The translations under genes and the position numbers were made by a program. The notes below the pieces were generated by a model that was not told the origin of the DNA, made no database searches, and saw only the letters and a program-made list of their open reading frames with translations. From Acidobacteriota bacterium (lineage in GTDB: Bacteria > Acidobacteriota > UBA6911 > JACQSX01): a stretch of 64,000 bases of DNA. The DNA is taken from positions 37,038 through 101,037 of the forward strand of contig DASXQR010000221.1 in NCBI GenBank assembly GCA_036507075.1, in the 5' to 3' direction. Shown here piece by piece: positions 27,058 to 37,348 of the stretch (the stretch's first letter is position 1; each line of letters begins with the position of its first letter).

Positions 27058-27137
27058 GACCGGCTTGCAGAAATGTACTGGAGCGATCCGCCTACTTCTC
27101 GGTTTATGAAGACATCCGAGCCGCGCGCCCTGTTGCA

Positions 27138-28436
27138 TTACGGGAGGCGGCAAAGGAGCATGGTGATGTCGTCGGCCTGGGGCTGGCTTTGGGTAAAGTG
27201 CTTCAATGCGGAATAGATATAGTCGATGCCCTGCTGCAGCGAGCCGCGGACGGCGGGTGTCACCGCTTCGATCAGGCGCGCCTCGCCGAATTCTTCCTCG
27301 TCCGGATTGACCGCTTCGGTCACCCCATCTGAATAAAGCAGCAGGCTGTCTCCTTTGTGCAGCGGCTGCTGATACTCTTCATAATTCCGGACGGGAACAT
27401 TCAGTCCCAGCGGCAGACCTCCGCCCCGCATCATCTCGACCTGTCCGTCATGCCGTATCAGCAGCGGATAATTGTGGCCCGCGTTGCAGTAGGTGAGGTT
27501 GCGCGAAACCGTGTCCACGCGGGCGATCACCATGGTGCAAAAGCGCCCCTCCAGGACGTTGTCGCGGAGGAATGTATTGAGATTCTTCATGATTTCGTTG
27601 GGGCTGTATTGACGCTGCAGGAGGTGCCGGTAGCTGGCCTTTACCAGCGAGTTGACCAGGGCCGCCGGGACCCCCTTGCCGCTCACATCCCCGCACGCCA
27701 CCATGAAACTGCCGTCATCGATCTGCTGCAGGTCGAAGAAATCTCCGCCTACCGCGTAACACGGATGCGAAAAAGAGACGACTTCAAAATTGGGGCTCGA
27801 GAGCGAAATCGAAGGCAGCAGCCGTTCCTGAATCTGGCGCGCAATGTCGAGCTCTTTCTCTATGCGTGACGACTCCACCAGCGCCTCGTGCAGCCGGGCA
27901 CGCTCGATGGCAACCGCTGCCTGGGAGGAGAGTTCGATCAGGAAGATCGAATCCTCATCGCTGTAGCCGGTGGGATGATTCAGTACCTGCATCACACCGA
28001 TAATCTCCTCGCTCTCATTTCGAATGGGAACGGTCAGTAGATTGCGTGTGCGGATTCCGGTTTTTTTATCGATTTCGCGGTTAAAGCGCAGGTCGGCGTA
28101 GGCGTCGTTCAGCAAAACCGGGTCGCCCGTCGCAGCCACGTGACCGGCGATTCCCTTGCCAAGCGGCAGCTTGATGGAAGTCATGCGGGGCTTTTGCGAT
28201 TCTTCCTTTGCCGCCGCCAAGGCGAACGACGAAAGCTCCGTTTTCTCTTGGTTGATCAGGTAAACGGTACCCCGTTCGCTGCTGAGAAGATCGAGGGCAG
28301 TCGCGAGAAAATTTGTCAGGATTACTTCCAGGTCCAGCGAAGTGTTTAGCAATCGCGACGCGTTGACCAGCGCCGTGAGCCTGTCGACGCGCAGTCTGTC
28401 AAGGGGAACGGAACTCTTCGAACCGGCAGCCTTCAT
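27138..28436 (-). CDS. GAF + PP2C/SpoIIE (RsbU-like) phosphatase
   Basis: GKGIAGHVA GAF; VGGDFFD, GDVSGKG, CNAGH, YSDGVTEA, DDIT. Confidence 0.92.
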   Translation of the reverse strand: MKAAGSKSSVPLDRLRVDRLTALVNASRLLNTSLDLEVILTNFLATALDLLSSERGTVYLINQEKTELSSFALAAAKEESQKPRMTSIKLPLGKGIAGHVAATGDPVLLNDAYADLRFNREIDKKTGIRTRNLLTVPIRNESEEIIGVMQVLNHPTGYSDEDSIFLIELSSQAAVAIERARLHEALVESSRIEKELDIARQIQERLLPSISLSSPNFEVVSFSHPCYAVGGDFFDLQQIDDGSFMVACGDVSGKGVPAALVNSLVKASYRHLLQRQYSPNEIMKNLNTFLRDNVLEGRFCTMVIARVDTVSRNLTYCNAGHNYPLLIRHDGQVEMMRGGGLPLGLNVPVRNYEEYQQPLHKGDSLLLYSDGVTEAVNPDEEEFGEARLIEAVTPAVRGSLQQGIDYIYSALKHFTQSQPQADDITMLLCRLP

Positions 28437-28458
28437 CACGTTCCCAGTAATTTTAGAA

Positions 28459-28565
28459 CACGAATTACACGAATTGCACGAATTACACGAACTGCGCGAA
28501 TCGTTTGAATGGCTTCGTGAAATTCGTGTAATTCGTGTTAATTCGTCTTCGAAATTCGTGCTCAA
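28459..28565. repeat. Nonamer inverted repeat (CACGAATTR / AATTCGTG)
   Basis: Four or five units per arm; right end TTCGTGCTCAA contains the TPR gene stop. Confidence 0.9.
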
Positions 28566-29659
28566 CGCGGGCGTCGGAAAATCTGAATCTCCTTCTCCAG
28601 TTTGCCGCTATTGAGCTCGGTGGCGCGCCGCAGCGCCTGGTCTGCCTCCAGGTTTTTGCCGCAGCCCTTCAGCGCCCTGCCGAGAAGATAAAAAATTCCG
28701 GCCTCTTCAGGGTTGAGTGCCGCCGATTGCTGCAGCAGTTCCGCGGCCTTTGAAGGCTTATTTTGTTGAAGACTGGCCTTTCCAAGATAGTAAAGAACGC
28801 CCCATGAGTCGGGTTGCAGTTCGCGCGCCTTCTCGAGAAACGTAACGCCTTCAGACGATTGTCTTTGCTCGACCAGCAGGGCACCCAAAAGGTAGTACGC
28901 TTCGGCATCGGCCCGGTCCTGGGATAAGGCGAACCGGAATTCCTCTTCCGCTTCCTGGTTTCGGCGCAATCCGGCGAATACTTTTCCCAGCTCCAAATGA
29001 ACCCTGGGATAGTCAGGTTGCAATTCGAGAGTTTTCCGAAAGTGCTCAACAGCTTCCGTCGCGTGGCCCCCATCGGCATAGGCTTTACCCATGAGAAAGC
29101 CGGCCTGCGCCGGGGATGACGCCGTGCGTAACATCTGCGTCAGGATCTGCTCGGCCTTTTCGGGCTCCTGCTTTTTCAGATACGCAATCCCAAGCAGGTA
29201 AAGCACGCCGCTTTCCCTCGGCCGCTCTTGATCGGCGGATTCGAGCGCCTTGATGGCGGCGTCAATGTTGCCATTTTGCAGGTGGCACGCGGCCAGCAAC
29301 TGAGCCACACTCGCATCACGAGGTTTGAGGGCGTAAAGACGCTCAAAGGACGGGATCGCCCGGGAGTACATCTCTTGTTTCATGTAAGCCAGCCCGAGAT
29401 TTAGCAGCAGGCCCGGATCTGAAGGGCTGATCCGCAGCGCTCTGGTGTACACTTCGACAGCCTTGCCATAGCGGCCGCGGCGCGAGTAAACGACGCCCAG
29501 ATTCCCCAGCGCCGCCATGTTGTCGGGAGAAATCTCCAGCACTTTCTGGAATCCCGATTCGGCGGCGGCGTAGTTGCCCTGGGCGAGAGCGGAGACAGCC
29601 TGCCGGAAGATTTCTTCTGTGCTCTGGGTCAGGAGAATGAGGAAGAGAAGAGGTGCCAT
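28562..29659 (-). CDS. Tetratricopeptide-repeat protein, exported
   Basis: Repeated ALGNLGVVY, LLNLGLAY, YLLGIAY, YYLGKA; ATG 29659 lies 5 nt after TAGACT (possibly leaderless). Confidence 0.88.
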   Translation of the reverse strand: MAPLLFLILLTQSTEEIFRQAVSALAQGNYAAAESGFQKVLEISPDNMAALGNLGVVYSRRGRYGKAVEVYTRALRISPSDPGLLLNLGLAYMKQEMYSRAIPSFERLYALKPRDASVAQLLAACHLQNGNIDAAIKALESADQERPRESGVLYLLGIAYLKKQEPEKAEQILTQMLRTASSPAQAGFLMGKAYADGGHATEAVEHFRKTLELQPDYPRVHLELGKVFAGLRRNQEAEEEFRFALSQDRADAEAYYLLGALLVEQRQSSEGVTFLEKARELQPDSWGVLYYLGKASLQQNKPSKAAELLQQSAALNPEEAGIFYLLGRALKGCGKNLEADQALRRATELNSGKLEKEIQIFRRPR

Positions 29660-29670
29660 AGAGAAGTCTA

Positions 29671-29956
29671 AACCCCAAAGACGGCTGTAGGCTGCAACCA
29701 AAAAGCCGTCTACGTTCACGAGCACGTCAACGACCACGTCTCAGGTCCACGAACACGACAACATAGAGGCAGCCCCTCAGTTCTGCCCAGTCTGTGTCGA
29801 ATTGAGCGAAGTGGTAAACGTAATCGTAGACGTTGACGTGCACGTGCTCGTGAACATAGACGGCTTTGAAAAATCTTTTCTTCGCAAGAAAACTCTACAG
29901 TTACCCTTACAAAGGACACGAAGAGTCCTTTGTGTCCTTTGTGTCTTTGTGGTTAA
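29671..29956. mobile_element. Nonamer inverted repeat with left arm split by wrapper copy 4 (29683-29908, reverse) carrying the hexamer cargo
   Basis: aaccccaaagac + acaaaggacacgaag rejoins to match the right arm ctttgtgtcctttgtgtctttgtggtt. Confidence 0.72.
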
Positions 29957-29963
29957 TAAAAAC

Positions 29964-32900
29964 CTAAAACATTATCTTAAACGCGAACTGGATGTTTCTC
30001 GGATCCCTGGCTGCGCTGTTGGCCTGGCCGGTCGTGCCGCGGGTAGCTTCGGTGACCTGCTGTCCCGGCTGCACGTTGCCGCTCAGGCCCGTGTTGATGC
30101 CGAACCACTGCGGGTGATTAAAGAGATTGAACGTCTCAAACCGGAACTGTGTTTTCACCCGCTCGTTGATCCTTGTGTTCTTAAACAGCGACACGTTCCA
30201 GTTGTGAATGCCCGGTGCGCGCAGGAAGCCTCTGCCTGTGTTGCCCAGACTTCCATCAGCCGGGCGGCCAAAGGCCAGCGGATTGAAGTACTCCGTGCGG
30301 GTTTTATGCTTCGGATAGATTGGGCCGCCTCGATAGTCGGCCCGTACTCCTCCTCCGAGGGTGCCCGGATTTCCCGAAGAGGTCACCGTCAACGGCAGGC
30401 CTGACTGAAATCGCGTGATACCGGTCAACTCCCATCCATCCAGCAGTGTTCTTCCGGCGCCGTTATTCAACCATCGGCTCCCCGCCTTGGGAAGGTGATA
30501 CACATAATCGATGTTCAGGATGTGAGTGCGATCGAAACCGGCCGGTCCCCACTCCCGCCGCCGATCCAGAAAATAGCCGATCGTAGTGCCGTCGCTGTCC
30601 ACCTCGTCTAGTGTTTTCGACCAGGTGTAATTGCCATTGAATGTAAAGTTCCGGGAAAAGCGGCGGCTCATCCGCGCCTGCAGGGCGTGGTAACTGCTGT
30701 TGCCTCCAAATTCCGTGATCAGAATATCCGTATAACCTTTGTAAGGCCGCACTGCGTTGGCGACGCTGTTGTTCTGCGCCAGGATATTGCCCGGTCCGAT
30801 GGTGCTTCCGACAGGCAAATGGTTGATATTTCGGCCGTATTGCAGGTGACGACCCACGTTGCCGACGTAAGCGACATCGATGGCTGTTTTCCCGGGAAGC
30901 TCCTGCTGCACGCCAAGACTCCAACTGTAGATGGTAGGAATCTCGCCCTCCTTGTTAATGGCTCTGAGTGATACAGGAAAACGCGTGCCACTGCTCACCA
31001 ACTCGGGAGAGAGCGTGTCCAGTGATCCGGCGAACAGAATGGGCGTGTAGGCGAGGGGCGGATTCCCCAGCCCGTCGAAGCTGTTGACGTTTTGCCGAAT
31101 GCGTTCAAAGAAGGTTCCAAACCCGCCGCGAATCGATGTCTTGTTGTTGCCGAAAGGAGCGTAGGCGAATCCGAATCGAGGCGACACCTGGTTCATCTTG
31201 TGCTCCACGCCGCCGAGGGGGAGGCCCTTACCTTCTTCCACCATGCCGTTGAACGGGTCGCCGGAGCCGGGAATAATGCTTCCCTGAGTGAATCCGCGTG
31301 TTGTCTGGATTTTGACGGCCTTGGACGGATCGTATCGGTCCGGGTCGAAATAGCTCATCAGGTATTTGCCGCGCGTGTATGTCGGACCCAGGTAGACATA
31401 GCGCGCGCCGTATTCGAGCATCAGCCTGCGGTTAATCTTCCAACTGTCCTGGGCGTAAAATTCCGTTCCGAAAAACCGGAAAGCGCCATAAAAAACGCCA
31501 TTGGCCTGAGAGTAGCTGGTGTAATTACCTAGAAGCAGATTGGCGAGACCGTTGTTGGAATCATTCCCGTTATCGCGGTTTGAGCTGAAGTCAAAGTTTC
31601 CCGCGTCATTCCAGGCGGGTTGCTGCCCGTTGTCGTTCATGTTGAAAAACACACCGGCCTTGAACGTGTGCGCGCGCACCGTCTTTGTGAGGTTGTCAGT
31701 CCAGGCGAATGTCTTGCCCTCACTGAGCCAGTCGGAAGCAAAACCGCTGAAGTTGCAGCTTCCCAGCGCGCAATTGAAGCGCGGAAACTTCTTTCGAACG
31801 TTGGAATTCGGAAAGATTTCCTTGAATGTGAAGCCGAGCTTGTCCCGATCATACGTGGCGGGATCTGTGCCGGCTTTTACGTCTACCAGTTGCGTCAGGT
31901 GGTTGTAAGCGAAAATAAATTCGTTGTTCAAGGTGGGAGAAACAATGTTGACCAGGTTCCATGACCAACTCGCGCCCGGTTTTTCCCGGAACATGGGGTA
32001 AACAGGGTAGGGAGTGGAGGTAAAGATCCCGAGGCCGCGTGTCTCATTTTGCGAATCGTCTATCCACCGGAAGAAGAAGTTGGTATCGGGGCTGACATGC
32101 CAGTCGATCCGAGCCACTTTCTGATTCTTGTCAAGCGTGTGACTGTCGCCGATCGGCACTCGCAGCAGTTCGGGATTGAGGCCCGGAGGTTGAGTCCCCT
32201 TGGAGCGATCAATGGCGGTGAGAACTTTTAGAAATCCCGCCGCGTTTCGGTTCCAGAGAGTCTGGGGAACGATATTATCCGGGAAGGGAACTCCTCCGGT
32301 AATGTTGCCGTTAGCGTCGCGTGTGATCGTGCCCGGCTGGAATACCGTGCCGACGCGGAAGCTGGTGCCTGCAATGTTGCCGGTGCGGAGCAGCCGCCTG
32401 AAATCACCGTTTAGCAGATCGGGATGCGGGATATCCACAAAAGAGGGGCCGTTCGGCTCCACTCCCCGGGTTCCTTCGTAGCTGAAAAAGAAGAACAGCC
32501 TCTTGTTTTCCCGGTTAGAGAAATGCGGCACAAGAAGGGGGCCCCCCAGATTGGCGCCAAACTGATTAAGTCGCAGCTTCAGTCGTGTTTGATCGAAGGG
32601 CCGGCGGGCATCCAGAGCCTCGTTGCGAAAGAACTCATATATCGACCCGTGAAAACTACTGCCGCCGCTCTTTGTGTTTGCGGAGATGAGGATACCGGGA
32701 TTCCGGCCGTACTCGGCATTGAACGTGCTGTGCTGAAGCTTGAACTCGCCCACAGCGTCCAGGTTGATCTGCGTGTACTGGCCGTCGTTGGCTCCCACGT
32801 CCGTGTTGATTGCGCCGTCAAGGTAGACGTTGTTCATGCTTCCGCGCGTGCCGTTGACATTGAAATTGTCCGTGGAGTTGAAGGTGAGCTGGAAATCGAA

Positions 32901-33413
32901 TTGACCGGATGAAGAAACCCCGGGCAGCGTTTTTATCAATGAAGAAAACTCGCGCCCGTTCAGACTCAGCTCGGTGATCTGATCTGAAGTCACCACAAAG
33001 GATTTTTGTGCCGTGGAAGTTTCTACCAGTGGCACCTCGGTTTCCACCACTTTGACGGTTTCTGAAAACTCACCGATCTGGAGCTGCAGCAAACCGAGGT
33101 TCATCTTCTGGTTGAGGTCAAGGACCAGTCCTTTTCGCTCGAGGATCTTGAACCCTGTCAGCTCCACTCGCACCGTGTATTTTCCGGGCTGCAGCGGAAG
33201 AAGTTGAAACGAGCCGTCGTCTCCCGAAAGAGTTTCGCGCGACACCAGGCTTTTCTCTTCGTCGCGCGCTTCCACCTTTGCGCCCGGTATTACCGCTCCC
33301 TGGCTGTCAACAACCGTGCCGTGGATTTCGCCGCTCTGTGCCCGTACTACCGAGCCCAGCGCGCAAACACACATTAGAAAAAGAAGAACACATAGTTTTA
33401 GGTTTTTGGTCAT
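29964..33413 (-). CDS. TonB-dependent receptor (acidobacterial carboxypeptidase-domain type)
   Basis: GTVVDSQGAVIPGA, LNGREF, NAEYGR, TKSG, EFFRNE, NQFGANLGGP, YAQDSW, ETFNLFNHPQ, terminal F; GGGAGG RBS. Confidence 0.93.
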   Translation of the reverse strand: MTKNLKLCVLLFLMCVCALGSVVRAQSGEIHGTVVDSQGAVIPGAKVEARDEEKSLVSRETLSGDDGSFQLLPLQPGKYTVRVELTGFKILERKGLVLDLNQKMNLGLLQLQIGEFSETVKVVETEVPLVETSTAQKSFVVTSDQITELSLNGREFSSLIKTLPGVSSSGQFDFQLTFNSTDNFNVNGTRGSMNNVYLDGAINTDVGANDGQYTQINLDAVGEFKLQHSTFNAEYGRNPGILISANTKSGGSSFHGSIYEFFRNEALDARRPFDQTRLKLRLNQFGANLGGPLLVPHFSNRENKRLFFFFSYEGTRGVEPNGPSFVDIPHPDLLNGDFRRLLRTGNIAGTSFRVGTVFQPGTITRDANGNITGGVPFPDNIVPQTLWNRNAAGFLKVLTAIDRSKGTQPPGLNPELLRVPIGDSHTLDKNQKVARIDWHVSPDTNFFFRWIDDSQNETRGLGIFTSTPYPVYPMFREKPGASWSWNLVNIVSPTLNNEFIFAYNHLTQLVDVKAGTDPATYDRDKLGFTFKEIFPNSNVRKKFPRFNCALGSCNFSGFASDWLSEGKTFAWTDNLTKTVRAHTFKAGVFFNMNDNGQQPAWNDAGNFDFSSNRDNGNDSNNGLANLLLGNYTSYSQANGVFYGAFRFFGTEFYAQDSWKINRRLMLEYGARYVYLGPTYTRGKYLMSYFDPDRYDPSKAVKIQTTRGFTQGSIIPGSGDPFNGMVEEGKGLPLGGVEHKMNQVSPRFGFAYAPFGNNKTSIRGGFGTFFERIRQNVNSFDGLGNPPLAYTPILFAGSLDTLSPELVSSGTRFPVSLRAINKEGEIPTIYSWSLGVQQELPGKTAIDVAYVGNVGRHLQYGRNINHLPVGSTIGPGNILAQNNSVANAVRPYKGYTDILITEFGGNSSYHALQARMSRRFSRNFTFNGNYTWSKTLDEVDSDGTTIGYFLDRRREWGPAGFDRTHILNIDYVYHLPKAGSRWLNNGAGRTLLDGWELTGITRFQSGLPLTVTSSGNPGTLGGGVRADYRGGPIYPKHKTRTEYFNPLAFGRPADGSLGNTGRGFLRAPGIHNWNVSLFKNTRINERVKTQFRFETFNLFNHPQWFGINTGLSGNVQPGQQVTEATRGTTGQANSAARDPRNIQFAFKIMF

Positions 33414-33539
33414 GGTGCTCCCTCCCGGTCTGGGATTTCTGGCCACAAAGCAATAGAGCGGATGAATTCAGCTTGAAATGATGCTTATGCCGGATTTAAC
33501 CACAGAATTGGGTTTCGTGGTAGAAAACTGTGAGGAATA

Positions 33540-33763
33540 GCCGGCACGCGAAGCACAGAGCCACGTCCCGCAAGGGCGTGGTAGGGACCCGGTGAGTCGG
33601 CTCGACGTCTGCGCATCATGCCTTTCATCGCCCCTGGCGGTTCCCTGATCGGGCGCGGCCGATGCCATACGGGTTAGAGGGCCGATTTCGGGTGCAACCC
33701 GCACACATTACATGGTTCCCACCACGCCCTTGCGGGACGTGGCTCTGTGCTTCGCGTGCCGGC
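33540..33763. mobile_element. REPIN/MITE-like element with about 43-bp terminal inverted repeats, copy A
   Basis: GCACGCGAAGCACAGAGCCACGTCCCGCAAGGGCGTGG and its exact reverse complement; second element at 53725-53934. Confidence 0.85.
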
Positions 33764-33789
33764 CGGTCGTCCGCAGGATGCTGACACCG

Positions 33790-36240
33790 TTACTCGTCTC
33801 GCAGCACTCGCATCGGATCGACCAGAGTGGCACGCCTGGCCGGCAGATAGCTTGCGAGCAGGGCCACTATCGTCAGCGTGCCTGCAACCAGCGCAAAGGT
33901 TGCCGGATCCTTGGTTCCTACGTTGAACAGAAGCGTCGCCATCAGCTTTGTCAGGGCGTAGGATCCGATCAGGCCGGCGGCCACGCCGGCAAGCGTGAGG
34001 CTGAAGCTCTGGGCGAGCACCAGTTTGAGCACCTGATATCTCTTCGCGCCCAGCGCCATGCGGATCCCGATTTCGTGCGCCCGCTGGCTGACGGAATACG
34101 ACATCACGCCGTAAATTCCCACCGCCGCCAGCAGCAATGCGCACCCGGCAAAGATCGCCAGCAAGACCATCAACAGCCGGCGCCGCGCCAGCGAGTCGGA
34201 AAGGATCTGCTCCATGGTGCGCACTCGATAGAGCGGCTGGTCGCGATCTATTGCCGATACCTGCGCGCGAACCGCATTGGTGAGACTGCCCGGATCCAGC
34301 GAGGAGTGGATCGCCAGGCTCAGCGCCGAAGTGGGTGTTTGCGCGTGCGGCCAATAAAGTTGAACGCGGGAAGGCGTCTCCAGAGTTCTGTAACGGACGT
34401 GCTTTACCACACCCACAATCTTCATCCAGGGGTTGGTCGATTGCGCCCCGCCTCGCTTCAGGCGCCGGCCGATGGGATTTTCATCGGGCCAGAAGGTCCG
34501 AGACATGGTTTCGTCGATGATCGCCACAGGTTCGGAAGTCTCGTTGTCGCGGTCGTCAAAGTAACGTCCTTTGAGCAGGGCAACTCCCAGGGCCCGAAAA
34601 GCGTCGGGAGTAACGGCGCGCCAGTCGGCTTCGGGCGAAGCCTTGTCCCCGCTGACGGCGCGGCTGTCCACTGTGGTTGTACCGGAGCCTCCCGCGCCGG
34701 TGACAGGAAGCGCGGCGATTCCGCCCGCGGCTTCCACGCCGGGCAGCCTGGAAACGCGGTTCATCAACTCGCGGAAAAACGCCCGCCTCAACTCCGGTTG
34801 GGCATATTTCGGCTGCGGGAGAGAAATCCGCATCGTCAAAACGCCTTCCGGACGGAACCCACCATCCACGTCCTGCAATCTGAGGAAGCTTTTGATCAAA
34901 AGTCCGGCGCCGACCAACAGTACCAGGGACAGCGCGATTTCCGCCGCGATCAGAAGGCGCCGCAAGCGCAGCGACGCAGGTCCGCTGCTCATCGCTCGAG
35001 TGCTCTCCTTGAGCGAATCATGGAGCTGCAGCCGCGAAGACTGAAGCGCCGGCACGATGCCGAACAACACTCCCGTCAGCAGGGATATCAAAATGGTGAA
35101 TGCGAGAACAGATCCATCCAGCGTCGCTCCCGCGATGCGGGGATAGGTTGCTTCACTCAAATGAATCAGCACACGCAACCCCCAGTGCGCCAGCAACAGG
35201 CCGGCGATGCCGCCCAGCAGGGAAAGCAACAGGCTTTCGGTGAGTAACTGGCGCACCAGGCGCGCGCGCCCTGCTCCCAAGGCTCCGCGCACCGCGATTT
35301 CGCGATCTCGCGCCGCTCCCCGCGCGAGCAGAAGGTTGGCGACATTGGCGCAGGCGATCATCAGCACGAATCCGACAGCGCCCATCAAAATCCACAACGC
35401 GGCGCGGATGTCTCCCACGACTTCGTCCAGCAGGGGGACCAGGAGCAGTTCATAATCAAATCGCCGGTAAGGGTAATCCTTGTTCTGCTCGATGATTCGG
35501 CGGGTAACAGTCGCCATGTCGGCCCGGGCCTGCTGCAGCGACAGTTCCGGTTTGATCCGGGCCAGCACTTCCAGCCCGTGCGAGCCGCGATTTCCGGGAC
35601 CCAGCGCATCGGGAGAGAAGGCCAGCGGCGCCCACATCTCGGCTTCTCCCGGGAATTGGAAATCGGGTGGTAATACTCCCGCGATGCTGAAAGTGCGACC
35701 GTTGACATTAATGGTCTTCGCGGAAACATTTCGGTCTCCGCCGAAACGGCGGTTCCACAGGCCGTGGGTCAACACTACGACATTGTCCCGTCCGGGCTCG
35801 TCTTCGCCGGGAAGAAAAGTGCGCCCCACATGCGCCTGCACTCCGAGCAGCGAAAAGAAGCCGGCCGAAACCTGGGCACCCTCGATGCGTTCCGGAGTCC
35901 CGTCTGCATTGATGTTAAAACTGGCGCCGGAAATTGCCGCGACATGAGTGAAGCTTTTGTTGAGCTGCTGAAGCTCCCGGAATTCGGGCGCCGAAAACCA
36001 GTTCTGGTCATTCGGTAATCCGATCCCGGTAAAGCGACCCCAGACTTTGACCAGATGATCGGCATCCTTGTAGGGAAGAGGCTGCAAAAGCACCGCATTT
36101 ACCACGCTGAAAATGGCAGTATTGGCGGCGATCCCCAGCGCAAGGGCCAACATGGCAACCAGCGTGAAAGCCGGATTCTTGAGCAGCACTCGAGCGCCAA
36201 AGCGAAGATCCTGCAAAAGAGCATCGAGAAGGTTTGCCAT
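33790..36240 (-). CDS. Duplicated MacB/FtsX ABC permease (acidobacterial orphan permease type)
   Basis: QDLRFGAR.L.KNPAF, LALGIAANTAIFS, IACANVANL, EIGIRMALGA, PARRATLVDPM. Confidence 0.93.
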   Translation of the reverse strand: MANLLDALLQDLRFGARVLLKNPAFTLVAMLALALGIAANTAIFSVVNAVLLQPLPYKDADHLVKVWGRFTGIGLPNDQNWFSAPEFRELQQLNKSFTHVAAISGASFNINADGTPERIEGAQVSAGFFSLLGVQAHVGRTFLPGEDEPGRDNVVVLTHGLWNRRFGGDRNVSAKTINVNGRTFSIAGVLPPDFQFPGEAEMWAPLAFSPDALGPGNRGSHGLEVLARIKPELSLQQARADMATVTRRIIEQNKDYPYRRFDYELLLVPLLDEVVGDIRAALWILMGAVGFVLMIACANVANLLLARGAARDREIAVRGALGAGRARLVRQLLTESLLLSLLGGIAGLLLAHWGLRVLIHLSEATYPRIAGATLDGSVLAFTILISLLTGVLFGIVPALQSSRLQLHDSLKESTRAMSSGPASLRLRRLLIAAEIALSLVLLVGAGLLIKSFLRLQDVDGGFRPEGVLTMRISLPQPKYAQPELRRAFFRELMNRVSRLPGVEAAGGIAALPVTGAGGSGTTTVDSRAVSGDKASPEADWRAVTPDAFRALGVALLKGRYFDDRDNETSEPVAIIDETMSRTFWPDENPIGRRLKRGGAQSTNPWMKIVGVVKHVRYRTLETPSRVQLYWPHAQTPTSALSLAIHSSLDPGSLTNAVRAQVSAIDRDQPLYRVRTMEQILSDSLARRRLLMVLLAIFAGCALLLAAVGIYGVMSYSVSQRAHEIGIRMALGAKRYQVLKLVLAQSFSLTLAGVAAGLIGSYALTKLMATLLFNVGTKDPATFALVAGTLTIVALLASYLPARRATLVDPMRVLRDE

Positions 36241-36296
36241 GGCTTGTCCTTATTCGTATTAGTACTGCCAGAGCCAGGAAAAGGTTCCCTAAAGCG

Positions 36297-36420
36297 ACAA
36301 TTGCATTCACACCTTCGCAGAGTACGCAGAGATTTCGCAGAGGCTGGACTGCAACTCTGCGAGACCTCGGCGATCTCGGCGACTCGCGTTGAAAGCACTA
36401 TCACGAATTGGCAGTCGGCA
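36297..36420. mobile_element. About 125-bp nonamer inverted-repeat element, copy B
   Basis: Reverse-complement copy of 26930-27057. Confidence 0.8.
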
Positions 36421-36432
36421 AATGCTCTTGGC

Positions 36433-37308
36433 TTACTTGCCTGCTGTTTTTCTAATGCCGTGGTAGGGCACGTTGAAGTCAATTTTTCCGGCCCACTTCC
36501 CGGGTACGCGGCGGCCCAGGGCCCACTGGATAACGTTCATGACGAGCCGCTGAAAGCTTTCGACTCTGAAATCTTCCGGGTGTCCCAGCGTGGTCATAAA
36601 AACTTTTCCGCCCGCTTTGTTCGTCCAAGTCCACGCAACCGGATTGTCGATCGCGTCTTTTCTCTCGGGATTTATGGAGTGGCCCATCAGCAGCACGCGT
36701 GCTTCCTGCGGAGGGTAGGGAAGAACATGATAAAGCCAGGACCGCACCTGAAAGTTCTTCTCCACTCCCTTGAGAATCGCATCGGTGGCTGCTGCAGGAG
36801 CTGTCGACACATCCGTACTGGATGTATGTCCGTAGTGGTAATGTCCTTTCCCCCATCCCGGCGGCGCACCCAGGTATTCCGCAGCGAAGCCGTTCCATTT
36901 TTCGAGCACGTGTCCTTTGGGGTAGTTGAAAGCGTGTGTTGTGGTACGAAACGCAACCACTGGCCGGCCGGAGTCGAGATATTTGCGGATATGGTCCAGT
37001 TGCTCTTCAGGAAGCTGTCGCCATCGCAGGAAGAACACGGCCAGGTCGGCGGTGTCTAACGCCTCCAAACCGGGAATATTGGTTTCGGCGTTTTCATCGG
37101 GATAGGACTTCAGCACGGTGGCTTGTATACGGTAGCGTCGTTCCAGCTCCGAGGACAGGATTGGGAAAGTTGATTCCGAGCCGTACTCGTGATCGCCGGA
37201 AACAAAAACCACCTTGGGTTTCGAGTCCTTTCCGGTCGCAGGAATCAGGGCCGAGCAGGCGAGCACACCTGCTGCGGATACGACCAGTAGCCTTTTGGAA
37301 ATAAACAT
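36433..37308 (-). CDS. ThuA-like (class I glutamine amidotransferase fold) secreted protein
   Basis: VSGDHEY, RTTTHAF, PVAWT, FMTTLGHPEDF; ATG 37308 lies 7 nt after TATGCT (likely leaderless). Confidence 0.82.
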   Translation of the reverse strand: MFISKRLLVVSAAGVLACSALIPATGKDSKPKVVFVSGDHEYGSESTFPILSSELERRYRIQATVLKSYPDENAETNIPGLEALDTADLAVFFLRWRQLPEEQLDHIRKYLDSGRPVVAFRTTTHAFNYPKGHVLEKWNGFAAEYLGAPPGWGKGHYHYGHTSSTDVSTAPAAATDAILKGVEKNFQVRSWLYHVLPYPPQEARVLLMGHSINPERKDAIDNPVAWTWTNKAGGKVFMTTLGHPEDFRVESFQRLVMNVIQWALGRRVPGKWAGKIDFNVPYHGIRKTAGK

Positions 37309-37348
37309 TGCGAGAAGCATACTGCGAGCCCGAATAAAAATCACGAAC

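Noticed and set aside
33712..35247. 511-aa plus-strand ORF
   Set aside because: Antisense shadow of the ABC permease.
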